A stretch of 64,000 nt of DNA, taken from the NCBI GenBank assembly GCA_951406725.2, contig OX597834.1:27032001-27096000 (forward strand), given 5' to 3'. Shown here piece after piece: positions 39,985 to 54,314 of the stretch. The translations under genes and the position numbers were made by a program. The notes beneath the pieces were generated by a model. It saw nothing but the letters and a program-made list of their open reading frames with translations. It searched no databases and had not been told where the DNA came from. Positions within the stretch are counted from its first letter, which is position 1. The number at the start of each line of letters is the position of its first letter. Source of the stretch: Octopus vulgaris. Lineage: Eukaryota.

Positions 39985-40573
39985 GCACACACACACATAC
40001 ACACACAAACACGCATACTGCGAAGCTCTCACGCGTAAACAGTTCGTTTTCCGTGGGACGTCCTTTCGTTAAGTTTTGTATAAAAATAGTCAGCATGGCG
40101 TAACGTAAATACTACAAGAGCAAAGCTTATTGACTTTCAGAGTCTGTTCACACCTCCTTGTTGAACCACCGTGGATGTGGGGACTATACATATATACGTG
40201 TGTATGCATGAATGTATGTATGTATGTATGCATGTGTGTGATTATGTATGTATGCTTGCATGTATGTATGTATGTATGTGTGTGATTATGTATGTATGCT
40301 TGTATGTATGTGTGTATGTATGTGTGTATGTATGTATGTATGTATGTATGTGTGTGTGTATGTATGTATGTATGTATGTATGTGTGTGTATGTATGTATA
40401 TATGTATGTCTGTGTGTGTGTATGTATGTATTTATGTATGTATGTATGTATGCATGCAAGTATGTATGTATGTGTGTGTCTATATGTGTGTGTCTATATG
40501 TGTGTGTTTAAAGAGATGTGACATTTGTGCTTGTGTGCGAAATATGTATTTTTGCAAGTATGCGTATACAAAC

Positions 40574-40633
<60 letters not shown>

Positions 40634-40697
40634 GCGTGTATGTGTGTGTGTGTGTGTGAGTGTTTGTTTATACATACACACATACGAATGTACGCAC

Positions 40698-40730
<33 letters not shown>

Positions 40731-40731
40731 T

Positions 40732-40900
40732 AGGCGCAGATATGGCTCTGTGGCAAGAAGTTTGCTTCTCAGTCACATGGTTTCAGGTTCAGTCCTACTG
40801 CGAGGCAATTTGGGCAAATGTCTTCTACTATGTCCTCGGGCCGACCAAAACACTTGTGAGTGGATTTGATAGACGGAAAAAGAAAGAACCCCGTCGTGTA
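40732..40900 (+). mobile_element. SINE family B 5' half, degenerate
   Basis: GGCGCAGATATGGCTCTGTGG..GGTTCAGTCCTACTG..GTGAGTGGATTTG. Confidence 0.75.
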
Positions 40901-40928
40901 TGTATGTATATATCTATGTGTGTGATTT

Positions 40929-40974
<46 letters not shown>

Positions 40975-41241
40975 TATATCCATATGTGTGTACATACATA
41001 CACACACTCGTATATATATATATACATACATACACTTACACAGTATATACGAATATGAATACAAAAACACACACACATATTTGTTTATATACTAAAAAGT
41101 AACATAAAATTTATCACACTGTCCTGAAAACAGATATGAAAGAAAGATCACCCAGCATTTGAAACTTCATTTGATCTAACTGGTGACATATAACCTCAGA
41201 AATGTATATATATATATATACATAATCACCCTTCCGTACAT

Positions 41242-41343
<102 letters not shown>

Positions 41344-41535
41344 GTATGTATCTATCTATCTCTCTATCTAACTATTTATCTCTTTTCTCTTCTGTATTTT
41401 GAATCTCGAAACACATGAAGCTATAAATTATACGATTTAAAATATTAGATTTAGAAAACCATTGTGTAGAAAAGATGAAGGCTGTCTCGGATGTCATCAA
41501 TAACATAGATATATATGCGTATGTATGTGCATATA

Positions 41536-41577
<42 letters not shown>

Positions 41578-41933
41578 TATATATATATATATATATGCGT
41601 ACATACATACATGCATGCTTATATACAAGTATAAATATACACATATATATATACATTTATGCATACACACATACGTACGTATATGTGTATACCTTAACAG
41701 TGACGCTAAGGCACCTTTTATTGGAAACACATGCGGCATTTCCCCAGCGAAAGTTTCGAAGTCCCTGTCAGCATAGATATTAACAGATAGCAGATATTTC
41801 ATTATTACCGAATCCTTGCTGTAGCTAATATCTGAAATACATTCCTATAAACATGCGCTTTATTAACGCTGCGCGTGTACGTATGAATGCACACACACAC
41901 ACATACACACACACACATACACACACACATGCT

Positions 41934-41968
<35 letters not shown>

Positions 41969-42183
41969 GCACGCACACACACACACACACACTCACACAC
42001 ACACACATCTTTTAATCTCAGAGTGCAGCACCTCGAACAATTTTTTGTCGACCGAATCGAATCCTGGTACCTATTTTACCGTTTTCTTTTGGCGAATAGC
42101 TAAGGTAACGTTGACGTAAATACAACGAAACTGGTTGTTAAATGCTGGTGGGATGCAAACAAAGACACACACACACACACAGA

Positions 42184-42234
<51 letters not shown>

Positions 42235-42345
42235 TAAGCAACGACATTATTTAAGTTTTCGTCTACCAAATCCCCTCAAAAGTCTTTGTCCCACCCGAGG
42301 CAACAGAATACACACATACATACATACTTTCATACATATAAATAT

Positions 42346-42391
<46 letters not shown>

Positions 42392-42491
42392 CTGTATATA
42401 AATATATATATGTATATATACGCTGGTATTTGAGTACTCTTTTTTCCCCCTTTTTTCACATTTATGGGCTTACTCCGGTATATGTATATAA

Positions 42492-42545
<54 letters not shown>

Positions 42546-43098
42546 GCATGTATGTATATATGCATATATAAATATAAATAAATATATATATGTATATATA
42601 TATACATGTATATATATGTTTATACACACACATATATAATGCCTAAAGATAGATAGATAATATAGATATAGATAGACAGATCGACAGATATATATCCACA
42701 TATATACATACATATACATGCAGTGCTCTCTCTCTCTCGCGCGCGAGTTTTTTCGCTTGTGCTTATTTTCAATCGGAAGTATGTACGAAACCCGTCATAG
42801 ACCATCTGTTATCCCTTGCTATACACACATATATATGTATATATATATGCTATATCATGTAACTGCAACCCTACACTATTTTGATATAATATATGTTCTT
42901 CTATGTTTCGCTGTATCTACTATTACTACTACTACTAATAATAAAAGTACCTTTCTATGAAAATATTTCGATCTCTGATGTTGGAATATTTACGACAACC
43001 TTTAAATAAGAACCCTGTTCATCATCTCCATCCCTCTCCTCCTCCTCCTCCTCCTCCTCCTCCTCATCATCATCATCATCATTATCATTATTAATATG

Positions 43099-43137
<39 letters not shown>

Positions 43138-43138
43138 G

Positions 43139-43678
43139 AGTGAGAGAGCAGTGCATGCCATCAAAGCGACACTGGGGTGAAATATACGAAGCCCAGTATA
43201 CCCATCATGACTACCCGTCTGATAAGGGTACACCAGGCACATGCATCACAATCATGTGTGCGCGACATGGTGATCTCATATCAAGATAAGCAGCGCATGA
43301 ATTTGCAGGTGGGGCCCAGTTAGAATTTTCTTCTGGTCGAGTAGCCCATCCCGCTCAAAAGGTCCCTGAATAAGGATTGTTTAAGGATGTTGAACGAATC
43401 ACCCATGTTTTCAAAGGTGAATTATCCAAACCTCTGAGAATTCCTTTCAACACATGGCTATGATGCTCCCCCACTACTTCTGCTCGTGATCAGAGATGCA
43501 CATATCGTCAGCCACCAAGGGACATGCTCAACTGGTTAAGGTCAAGCAACTGACAAGCAAATCTGTGATATTGAGCAGAATATTTGCTGTAGCCCATCTT
43601 TTGTACCAAGACAAAACAATGTACATGATAACGCTTCCAATCAGTTAAGATCAGAAGCCATGAGAGCCACTGTTAAGC
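43139..43678 (-). mobile_element. Probable non-LTR retroelement 3' fragment inserted in (TAA)n
   Basis: 540-bp complex block with (TTA)n on the left (TAA tail on minus) and (TAA)n on the right; no second copy in the window. Confidence 0.35.
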
Positions 43679-43681
43679 ATG

Positions 43682-43800
<119 letters not shown>

Positions 43801-44255
43801 TTGTCTTCTGTACAGACAAAACTTCTCCAGAGTCGTACCTTGGAAAGGAACAATCCAAATACAGATGGTACATAGCCCCAAGAGGTGCACAGAGGTTTCG
43901 ATATGCAATTCCCTCCGACAGCCATGTTGTTTGGTTCTTTGTCCCAAAGAACACTACGAAGCCCTCTAGCGGATGAGTTGATCCCATGAACGCTAAACAA
44001 GTAATCCTGTAGATTATCCACCAGGCTAAAGCTACCTCTAAACTACAGTATAACCAGTCGTCACTTGTGAGCGAATACGACTACTCTAACACCAGCCGTG
44101 ATCTCTGGTTTGCATACAACGCCAGCGATTTTGAGGAAATAGGTTAATCCCTGGTTTAGGCGCAATGTTAGCGCTTTTGAGGAGAGAGGTTTAATTGATA
44201 CTTTCGCTCCCTGTGCTTAACTGATATTTTGATTTTATTGGACGCAGAAAGAAAT

Positions 44256-44646
44256 AGGAGTGGCTGTGTGGTAAGTAGCTTGCTAACCAACCACATGGTT
44301 CCGGGTTCAGTCCCACTGCGTGGCATCTTGGGCAAGTGTCTTCTACTATAGCCCCGGGCCGACCAATGCCTTGTGAGTGGATTTGGTAGACGGAAACTGA
44401 AAGAAGCCTGTCGTATATATATATGTATGTGTATGTATATGTTTGTGTGTCTGTGTTTGTCCCACTAGCATTGCTTGACAACCGATGCTGGTGTGTTTAC
44501 GTCCCCGTCACTTAGCGGTTCGGCAAAAAAGACTGATAGAATAAGTACTGGGCTTACAAAGAATAAGTCCCGGGGTCGATTTGCTCGACTGAAGGCTGTG
44601 CTCCAGCATGGCCGCAGTCAAATGACTGAAACAAGTAAAAGAGTAA
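44256..44646 (+). mobile_element. SINE family B, near full length
   Basis: Match to 11129-11538. Confidence 0.92.
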
Positions 44647-44818
44647 ATGAAATGCTGATCTGGGTAGGAATTCAAATTAGAACAAAAAAAGAAACGGAAC
44701 ATGTGCTGCAAGACATTTTGTCTGACGCTCTAACAACTCTGGCATCTCACTGCCTTTGTTAATATGTACCATACTTTAAGGCGGCGAGGTGGAAGAATTG
44801 TTAGCAGACCGCGGAAAG

Positions 44819-45418
44819 GGCGGCGAGCTGGCAGAAACGTTAGCACGCCGGGCGAAATGCTTAGCAGTATTTCGTCTGTCGCTACGTTGTGAGTTCAAAT
44901 TCCGCCGAGGTCAACTTTGCCTTTCATCCTTTCGGGGTCGATAAATTAAGCCCCAGTTACGCACTGGGGTCGATGTAATCGACTAAATCCGTTCGTCTGT
45001 CCTTGTTTGTCCCCTCTGTGTTTAGCCCCTTGTGGGTAGTAAAGAAATAGGTATTTCGTCTGCCGCTACGTTCTGAGTTCAAATTCCGCCGAGGTCAGCT
45101 TTGCCTTTCATCCTTTCGGGGTCGATAAATTAAGCCCCAGTTACGCACTGGGGTCGCTGTAACCGACTTAATCCGTTCGTCTGTCCTTGTTTGTCCCCTC
45201 TGTGTTTAGCCCCTTGTGGGTAGTAAAGAAATAGGTATTTCGTCTGCCGCTACGTTCTGAGTTCAAATTCCGCCGAGGTCAGCTTTGCCTTTCATCCTTT
45301 CGGGGTCGATAAATTAAGCCCCAGTTACGCACTGGGGTCGATGTAACCGACTTAATCCGTTCGTCTGTCCTTGTTTGTCCCCTCTGTGTTTAGCCCCTTG
45401 TGGGTAGTAAAGAAATAA
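44819..45418 (+). mobile_element. Family A SINE concatemer: one head plus 3 x 184-bp bodies
   Basis: GTATTTCGTCTG at 44867, 45051 and 45235; nested in an older family A copy (44779-44818 and 45424-45600). Confidence 0.92.
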
Positions 45419-45699
45419 GAATTGACCGGACGAGAATGCTTAACGGCATTTCGTCCATCTTTATGTTCGAAGTTCATCTTCCACCGTGGTCGACTTTGCC
45501 TTTTAGTTTCTCGGGGTCGATAAAATATTTAACAGTTGAGCACTTGGGTAATTGACTTGCCCCTTCCCCTGAAATTTCTGGCATTGTGCCGAACTTTGAA
45601 ACAATCTGTTTTAGGTGTCTGTGTAGTCACGAACAAACATAGAGAGACCACATATCAGCCATTACACTTTTGATCGCGGAGGGTCATGAGAGGGTTGTA

Positions 45700-45850
45700 C
45701 CAGCACTGAGCTGGTATTCGTTTACTGCTGAGTTAACCGAGACAACGTGAAATGAAGTGTCTTGCTCAAGAACACAATGTCCTGTCTGGTCCAGGAATGG
45801 AAACCCTGATTATAGGATACTGAGCCAAACTTGCTAACCACAAGGCTAAA
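45700..45850 (-). mobile_element. Degenerate tRNA-SINE family D 5' part; related fragment at 63590-63700
   Basis: GTGAA..TCTTGCTCAAGAACACAA..CCTGTC shared with the 63600 locus; tRNA-like head on minus strand. Confidence 0.6.
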
Positions 45851-46018
45851 CTTCCTCACATTTTGCGATTTAATCTCAGATTGAGAGAGCAAGAGAGACA
45901 GGGAGAGAGGCGGACATTGTGACGTGGAGGAGAGAAGGTGAGAGAGACAAAGAGAGAGACAGACAGATAGAGCGAGGGAGAGGAGAGAGAGAGAGAGAGA
46001 CAGACAGACAGATAGTGC

Positions 46019-46054
<36 letters not shown>

Positions 46055-46220
46055 AAGAGAGGGACAGACAGATAGTGCGAGAGAGAGAGAGAGAGACAAA
46101 GAGAGAGACAGACAGATAGTGCGAGGGAGAGAGAGAGAGAGAGAAAGAGGGAGACAGAGAGATAGTGCGAGGGAGATAGAGAGAGAGAGAGAGACAAAGA
46201 GAGAGACAGACAGATAGTGC

Positions 46221-46304
<84 letters not shown>

Positions 46305-46309
46305 GAGAG

Positions 46310-46346
<37 letters not shown>

Positions 46347-46907
46347 AAGAGAGTGTGTGTGTGTGTGTGTGTTCCTTTGAGTGTGTGCGCGGGTATGTGT
46401 GTGAGTGCGTGTGTGGTTTGGCTGAAAGAGAAAGAGCGCGTTTGTTTTATTGTTATGCATGCTGTGCTGGTATGTTTGCGTGTGTGTGTACGTGTGTGTG
46501 TGTGTGTGTGTGTGAGCAAGTGCATATGTGTGTACGTGTGTGTGTGTGTGTGAGCAAGTGCATATGTGTGTATGTGTGTGTGTGTGTGTGAGCAAGTGCA
46601 TATGTGTGTATGTGTGTGTGTGAGTGTGTGAGCAAGTGCATATGTGTGTACGTGTGTGTGTGTGTGCAAGTGCATATGTGTGTATGTGTGTATGTGTGTG
46701 TGTATGTATGTGTGTATGTTTATGCAAGAAAATATATTTATGTGTGAATGAATGTGAGCGCACGTGCGTGCGTGCGTGCGTGCATACGTGTGTATGTGTA
46801 TGTGTGGTATCTGACAACGTATGCGGGCTTGCGTGTATGTAGGTTACTAAGAGCATCTGTGTGTATGCGTGTTGTACCTTCTATGTACGAGAGTGCTTTT
46901 GTTTGCC

Positions 46908-46938
<31 letters not shown>

Positions 46939-47179
46939 GTGCGTGTATGTGTAGGTATATGTGTGCGTGCGTGTGCGTGCGTGCGCATGCGTGCGTGCGT
47001 GCGGGTGTGCTGAGGTGTGATATGATATGAGTGTTAACAGTGTGAAGAAAAGACAAGAAAAAAATGTATATTTATGTGTTTACATGTTTATTATATATAT
47101 GCATAAGTTTGCGTATATTTATATGTGTGTTCGTGAATGTCTACACGTGCATTTATATATATATATATATATACATACA

Positions 47180-47274
<95 letters not shown>

Positions 47275-47458
47275 TGCATACATATATATATATATACATG
47301 CATACATATATATATGTATACATACATATATATATGCATACATATATATATATATATATATACATATATATATGCATACATACATATATATATGCATACA
47401 TACATACATGCATACATACATATATATATATACATGCATACATATATATATATATATG

Positions 47459-47512
<54 letters not shown>

Positions 47513-48006
47513 TATATAGTGTATATGTGTGTGTGTGTGTGTGTGTGTAAATGTTTGAGAAATGGAGGGAGAGAGTGGAGAGAGTGAGTACGTGTGATAC
47601 GCTATATACATCTGCAGGCGTTTATCACACGATAAATGATCACTTAGATATATATATATATTTTTTTTTTTCATCTTTTACATCTTTTCTCGACGTGAGA
47701 TAGAACCGCATTTAACAAGAAGAGAAATCGGTTACAGTCACAGAAACAGCCTCTCCTCCTCCACCTCCTCTTCCTCCTCTTCCTCCTCCTTCTCATCACA
47801 CCTCACCACCACCACCACCACCACCACCACCACCACCACCACCACCACCACCACCAACACAACTACCACCACCACCACCACCAAAAGCAGCACTACCACG
47901 GCCGCCACACCCACTGCCTCCTCCCCCCGTCACCGCCACCAGTACATTTCACAGATAATCAGATTTTAAGATCTGTAATTTCTAACCCTCAAGGTCCCTT
48001 GTGTTT

Positions 48007-48050
<44 letters not shown>

Positions 48051-48089
48051 AACATATACGTATATATATATGTATATATATGTATATGC

Positions 48090-48125
<36 letters not shown>

Positions 48126-48172
48126 ATATACCTATATATGTATGTGTGTATATGTATATGTATGTATATATA

Positions 48173-48203
<31 letters not shown>

Positions 48204-48417
48204 GTACATATATACATATGCGTATGTGTGCACATGTATGTATATATGTATATGTATGTGTATATATATATATATGTATGTATGTATATATATATATATA
48301 TATATGTATATGTATATATGTATATATATATGTATGTATATATATATATGTGTATATACATATATGTATATATATGTATATATATGTGTATATACATAAA
48401 TGTATAGATATGTATAT

Positions 48418-48481
<64 letters not shown>

Positions 48482-48914
48482 ATTATGTGTATGGGTTTGT
48501 CTGTTTGTATGCATGTGTTGTGTCTGTATGTGTGTGTGTGTGCGTGTGGTTATGAGCCTTTTACACTAGTTTAGAAAATATCATAAGCCACGAGTTCAAA
48601 TCCCGCTGTCGGCGTTTTATTATGCCTCTTGGGTGGAACACATTATCTTACAATGCCTCAGACTCGTCATCCTAACTGGGGGTGAGAGGTACGGCGGGGG
48701 TTACCCTATCATTTATCATCTGGCGATATTAAATACATGCGATAAATAACTTGAAATACAGATCTTATTTTTATCTAAGAAATTCACTTCTCTCTCTCTC
48801 ACACACGCAGACACATGTATTGAGTGTAATAGTGTCTATATATATTGCTCTTTAACTATTTTATTAGTTTCAACTCAAGGTTTGCGTCTGTGGTGGGGCA
48901 TCATAATTTATATA

Positions 48915-49082
48915 TATTTGACTGTGGCCATGCTGGGGCACTGCCTTTAGTCGAGCAAATCGACACCAGGACTTATTTTTTGTAAGCCTAAGTACTTATT
49001 CTATTGACTCTCTTTTGCCGAACCGCTAAGTTACGGAGACGTAAACACACCAGCATCGGTTGTCAAGTGATGTTGGGGGGAC

Positions 49083-49134
<52 letters not shown>

Positions 49135-49307
49135 CATATATATACGACTGGCTTCTTACAGTTTCCACCTGCCAAATCCACTCACAATGCTTTATTCGGC
49201 CCGAGGCTATAGTAGAAGATACTTGCCCAAGGTGCCACACAGTGGAATTGAACCCGGAACCATGTGGTTGGTAAGCAAGCTACTTACCACACAGCCACTC
49301 CTACGCC
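48915..49307 (-). mobile_element. SINE family B
   Basis: Match to reference copy. Confidence 0.9.
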
Positions 49308-49648
49308 TATATATATATATATATCCGTACATTTATATTTGCACACCTACACACATGTGTGGGCCTATACGTATGTCTCTAGAGTTATGTTTATATACGG
49401 GTATGTCTATGGTTGTGTACGAACACACATGATCAGACGTACTCTTTAAATCTAAGCCCACCTGCTAGTACAAATATTTAACCTCCACGACATGTGCTAA
49501 CTTCTCTTTTCTTCCATTTCTTCTTTACACCCATATACATACATATACGTACATCTGTACACACACATACACATACACACACATACTCACGCACATATAT
49601 ATATCTATGCACATAAATATATATGTGTGTGTGTACATATATGTATAT

Positions 49649-49715
<67 letters not shown>

Positions 49716-51643
49716 CTGCTCGCTTAGCCAGCGGGGTGGCGTCACTTTGAAGGCTAAAACAATGCGAAGTGCATTGTGACCAGCGATGTGTAACAACATC
49801 TGATAGCCTGGTCGGTCACGGTGATCACAGTGATATATATATATACACATACATATAAATATATATATGTGACACACACACAAACACGAATTCCTTTTAC
49901 TTGTTTCAGACAGTAGTCTGTAGACCGCGGCCATGCCGAGGCATCTCCCTGAAGAGTTTTTCTAATCAACTCTCAGACCTGAATGCATGTTCTGCTTCAC
50001 CCCGGGGCGCTTTATTGGTCGATACTCCAATCAGTTCACACAGCTAAAAATGAGCTGAGTTTGTCGTGGAGTGCCGTGGTCAGAAGATTCAATATACTGG
50101 TCCTTGCTGAAGGTCCTATACAATGATGCAACTGATCAATCGATTACATATGGTCTAGTATAGGGGATCAGCTACTTAGCTCAAATCTCTTACTACGATT
50201 CAGAGGAGAGATCTAATCTAACGTTGAATAATGGTCTGAAACTGATGAATGAAATATTAAGCAAAGGTGTACACTCTAACTCATTCCTTTTTAACTGTAG
50301 TGCACTGTTGTTGCAGTGTGTCGCGGGTTTTCTTCCGGACAGACGGTGTCATATCTCTTTATCATAGAAAAATGAAATTGAGACATGAAAAACGATGGAA
50401 ACCAATGCTAGAGTCTCTGGATCGTTGAGACAGCAACCAAAAATTTAGTGCACCAACATAGAGCAAAATACAAAACGTATGGCGTCTATTGGGTATGCAC
50501 CGTTGAAATCTTTGACTTTGCGTTGTGATTTCAAGATAGAGGGATACTCTAGTGAAGGGATACTCTAGTTAACTTACTAAGAGCCAAGTAAATAATCAAT
50601 GGATCTCCGTCGATTCAACTATGATCGTTCCCAAAGTACGATGAATGGAAGAGGCTATCTGTTGTTTTAGCGTACAAGTGGCTGAATACTTTACAGATAC
50701 AGGTACCCTTATTGTAATTCTCAGGTAGAATAAGCGTGACACATTGTGTGTGTATGTGTGTGTGTGTGTGTGTGAGGCAAGGCTTTACCTCTTGAAGTGC
50801 ATGTGCAATCTGCTCCACAGACTCCCTCATATTTTGTGTGTGTATATATGTAGGTGTACATACACATGTATATACATATATGTGTGTGTGTGTGTGTGTG
50901 TGTATGTGTGTGTGTGTGTGTGTATGTGTGTGTATCGTGTGTTTTCATGTCTTTTTTTGCTCATTGGTGATGTCCTGTGCTTAATGAGTATATTAATGTA
51001 TGTATATTAATGTGTAAGAAGAAAAGGAACCCCTCACTAGACTAACGTTTCGTTCAATCGGTCTCTGTCGTGTGTACACGTCAGCTGATTGAAAAGTCAA
51101 AAACCCCTTTACATAGCATGAGTATGTGCCCACGCTACTGTGTTGATATAAATATGTATGTGTATATATTTTAATGTACCATATGTGTGCCCTCACCCTT
51201 CCCTCTAATTTTCCCCTCCCTCACTTCATATTTGATGTCTTTGTTTCTCTCTCTCTCTCTTACTCCCTCTCTCTCTCTCTCTCTCTCTCGCTCTCTCTTA
51301 GTGTAAGATATGTCTGGGCCCCGCCGGATATCTTTGTATATGAATATATAATAGTAAATACTGTCACAGTGACAGACAGGTATTGTACAGAGTAAAGGGA
51401 AATACACACACACACACACACACACAGAGTTAAATGCACACACACATACACACGCACATATATGTATGTAAATGTACCCTGTGACCTTCGGACAGAGTAG
51501 ATTCGAATCAAGTGCAATGTAATACAAGTTCTCCATTCACTTTTCCTTTGGATTACACATGGAGTTCTACACACTGTTTGTCATGCAATTTGAATATAAA
51601 TCCAATTATATAATTATACACAAACGTATATGTATATGTATAT

Positions 51644-51952
51644 GTGGAGGCGTAATGGCCCAGTGGTTAGGGCAGCGGACTCGCGGTCGGAGGATCGCGG
51701 TTTTGATTCCAGGACCGGGCGTTGTGTGTGTTTATTGAGCGAAAACATCTAAAAGCTCCACGAGGCCCCGGCAGGGAGTGGTGGCGACCCCTGGTGTACT
51801 CTTTCACCACAACTTTCTCTCACTCTCTCTTCCTGTCCTGTTTCTTGAGTAACGCTGCGATGGACTCGCGTACCGTCCAGCTGGGAGGAACACATACGCC
51901 ACAGAAACCGGGAAACCGGTCCCATGAGCTTGGTTAGGCTTGAAAAGGGCGA
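51644..51952 (+). mobile_element. SINE family C variant
   Basis: Same tRNA head and GAAACCGGGAAACCGG..ATGAGC tail as 6178-6463. Confidence 0.85.
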
Positions 51953-52261
51953 CGTTTATCGTTATATATGCATATATATGTATGTGCATTTGAGTAGTTG
52001 ATTGAATTATCTTATTATGGATAATTCGGTTAACCGATACCTGGGTAGCAAATTCTCGTCAGAATTTATTTCATTTATTTATATGTATGTGCATGTATGT
52101 ATACATATACATATAGATACATGCATATGCTAAGTATATGTATATGTTTCATCTTCCCTTAGTGTACCTCTTCCAGTCTACTAAAGGTTCTCTAAGGCTT
52201 TTGTAATACTGCTGTATTATGATAGCATAGGCTTGTATGTAATTCTTGTATACATATATAT

Positions 52262-52318
<57 letters not shown>

Positions 52319-52382
52319 CACACATACACATAGAGGAGAATAAAGGTAGAATGAGAGAAAGAAGGAGATAGCGAAGAACTCC

Positions 52383-52777
52383 TTACTCTTTACTTGTTTC
52401 AGTCAGTTGACTGCGGCCATGCTGGAGCACCGCCTTTAATCGAGCAACTCGACCCCGGGACTTATTCTTTTGTAAGCCCAGTACTTATTCTATCGGTCTC
52501 TTTTGCCGAACTGCTAAGTGACGGGGACATAAACACACTAGCATCGGTTGTCAAGCAATGCTAGGGGGACAAACACAGACACACAAACACACACACGCAT
52601 ATATATACATATATACGACAGGATTCTTTCAGTTTCCGTCTACCAAATCCACTCACAAGGCTTTGGTCGGCCCGAGGCTATAGTAGAAGACACTTGTCCA
52701 AGGTGCCACGCAGTGGGACTGAACCCGGAACCATGTGGTTGGTAAACAAGCTACTTACCACAGCCACTCCTGCGCCT
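52383..52777 (-). mobile_element. SINE family B, young full-length copy
   Basis: Very similar to 30075-30488. Confidence 0.92.
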
Positions 52778-53235
52778 GAACTGGGGAATTAAGTGAAAGA
52801 ACTTGTTGATAAAGATGATGTTGATGATGATAATGACGATGATGATGATGATGATGATGGCAATGGCACAAGCGGAAGGTAAGAGAGACAGGGTGAGATA
52901 GATAGATAAATAGATAGACAGATAAAGAGAGAAAGGGAGAGAGAGGTGGTGGGGGTTAGTGTTTGAAATGAAAGGGAAACAGGTGACAGTTAGATGGTAA
53001 CTAGTTTTGTACGTGTCTTCTGTAACTTACTGATGGGTGTCAATGTGTGTGTGTGTGTGCATATATAGGTGCATAGGTGTGTGTGTGTGTATATAGTGTG
53101 TGTGTATGTGCATGTATGTATATGTGTGTGTGTTTGTGTGTGTGTGCTAATATGTGTGAGCACGTTAGTCCTGTTTTTAAACAACTGGATAGAGTAGGAA
53201 TTATGCTACATACATATCAATGTAGGACGCTGTTT

Positions 53236-53292
<57 letters not shown>

Positions 53293-53735
53293 ATTAATAC
53301 GACTACTAACATTACGAGCTCCACGACAACCTACTCTACTACCACAATACCACTTCAGGCACACTAGCACTTCTACACCAGCACCACCACCACCACCGGC
53401 TCCATCGGCTCCACCGGCGCCACCTCTACTATCCGCTGTGAGTGAAATAGCCAACTTGGTTTTTTTTATTATGTTCGTTCGTTCGGTTATAATTAAATGA
53501 CCGTGAAGGCTCTTATGCAATATACACAACATAATGGGCATGACTATATCATTGTTCTCATCAATGTCTACATATATGTTTGATTTATCACCTGGAAGTT
53601 GTTGAAACAATTGTAAACCATGGAACAAAAGTAATATCAGCTGTTCCATTCTTCACTTATTACATACATGAAATATATATGTATATACATGAAATGTATA
53701 AATAGTGTTTATATGCGTTCGTTAAATGCATATGC

Positions 53736-53786
<51 letters not shown>

Positions 53787-54270
53787 CATGCGCGCGCACA
53801 TATATACATAGAAACATACACGCACATACACACACATACACATATTAGCCAATGAAATTCCTACCTGGTCTGACATTTAGATCTTATTTTTGTATTTTAT
53901 TACAATTATACAGGTTGACTGTCAAATATGAAGCACAGCTGTGAAGTACTTTCATGCTTTCCACAATCTTCAGATTTATGTAGTTACAGTAGTAATCGAC
54001 AGCTGAGCTTCACAAGTGACAGTCGGTTGTAAAATTGTAGCAAAATACATGAGTAAAACTTGAATATCAGACTGTGTTGGAATTTCATTGACTAATATGT
54101 CTATCTGTACACAATCATACAAACTCTGATATATATATACATATATATACACGCACACACACACATGTATATGCATATATAAGAATGCCTTTACTGTGAT
54201 AATGAGTAATTTGAGAATGTAATTTACGTTCTTTCTATGTCTTCGATGAGTAGAAAAAGATGGTTGAGTT

Positions 54271-54314
54271 CTCTGACAGATTGTTTCAGAGTTCGTTGAT
54301 CGTTCCTCAGAGAA
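54271..54314 (-). ncRNA. Type-I hammerhead motif
   Basis: Minus strand TTCT-CTGAGGA-[16 nt]-GAA-ACA(ATC)TGT-C-AGAG; GUC triplet; stem II poorly paired. Confidence 0.5.

Noticed and set aside
50239-50260. Hammerhead at CTGATGAATGAAA
   Set aside because: No room for stem II and no stem I pairing
53585-53620. GAAACAATTGTA hammerhead half
   Set aside because: No upstream CTGANGA core or stem I
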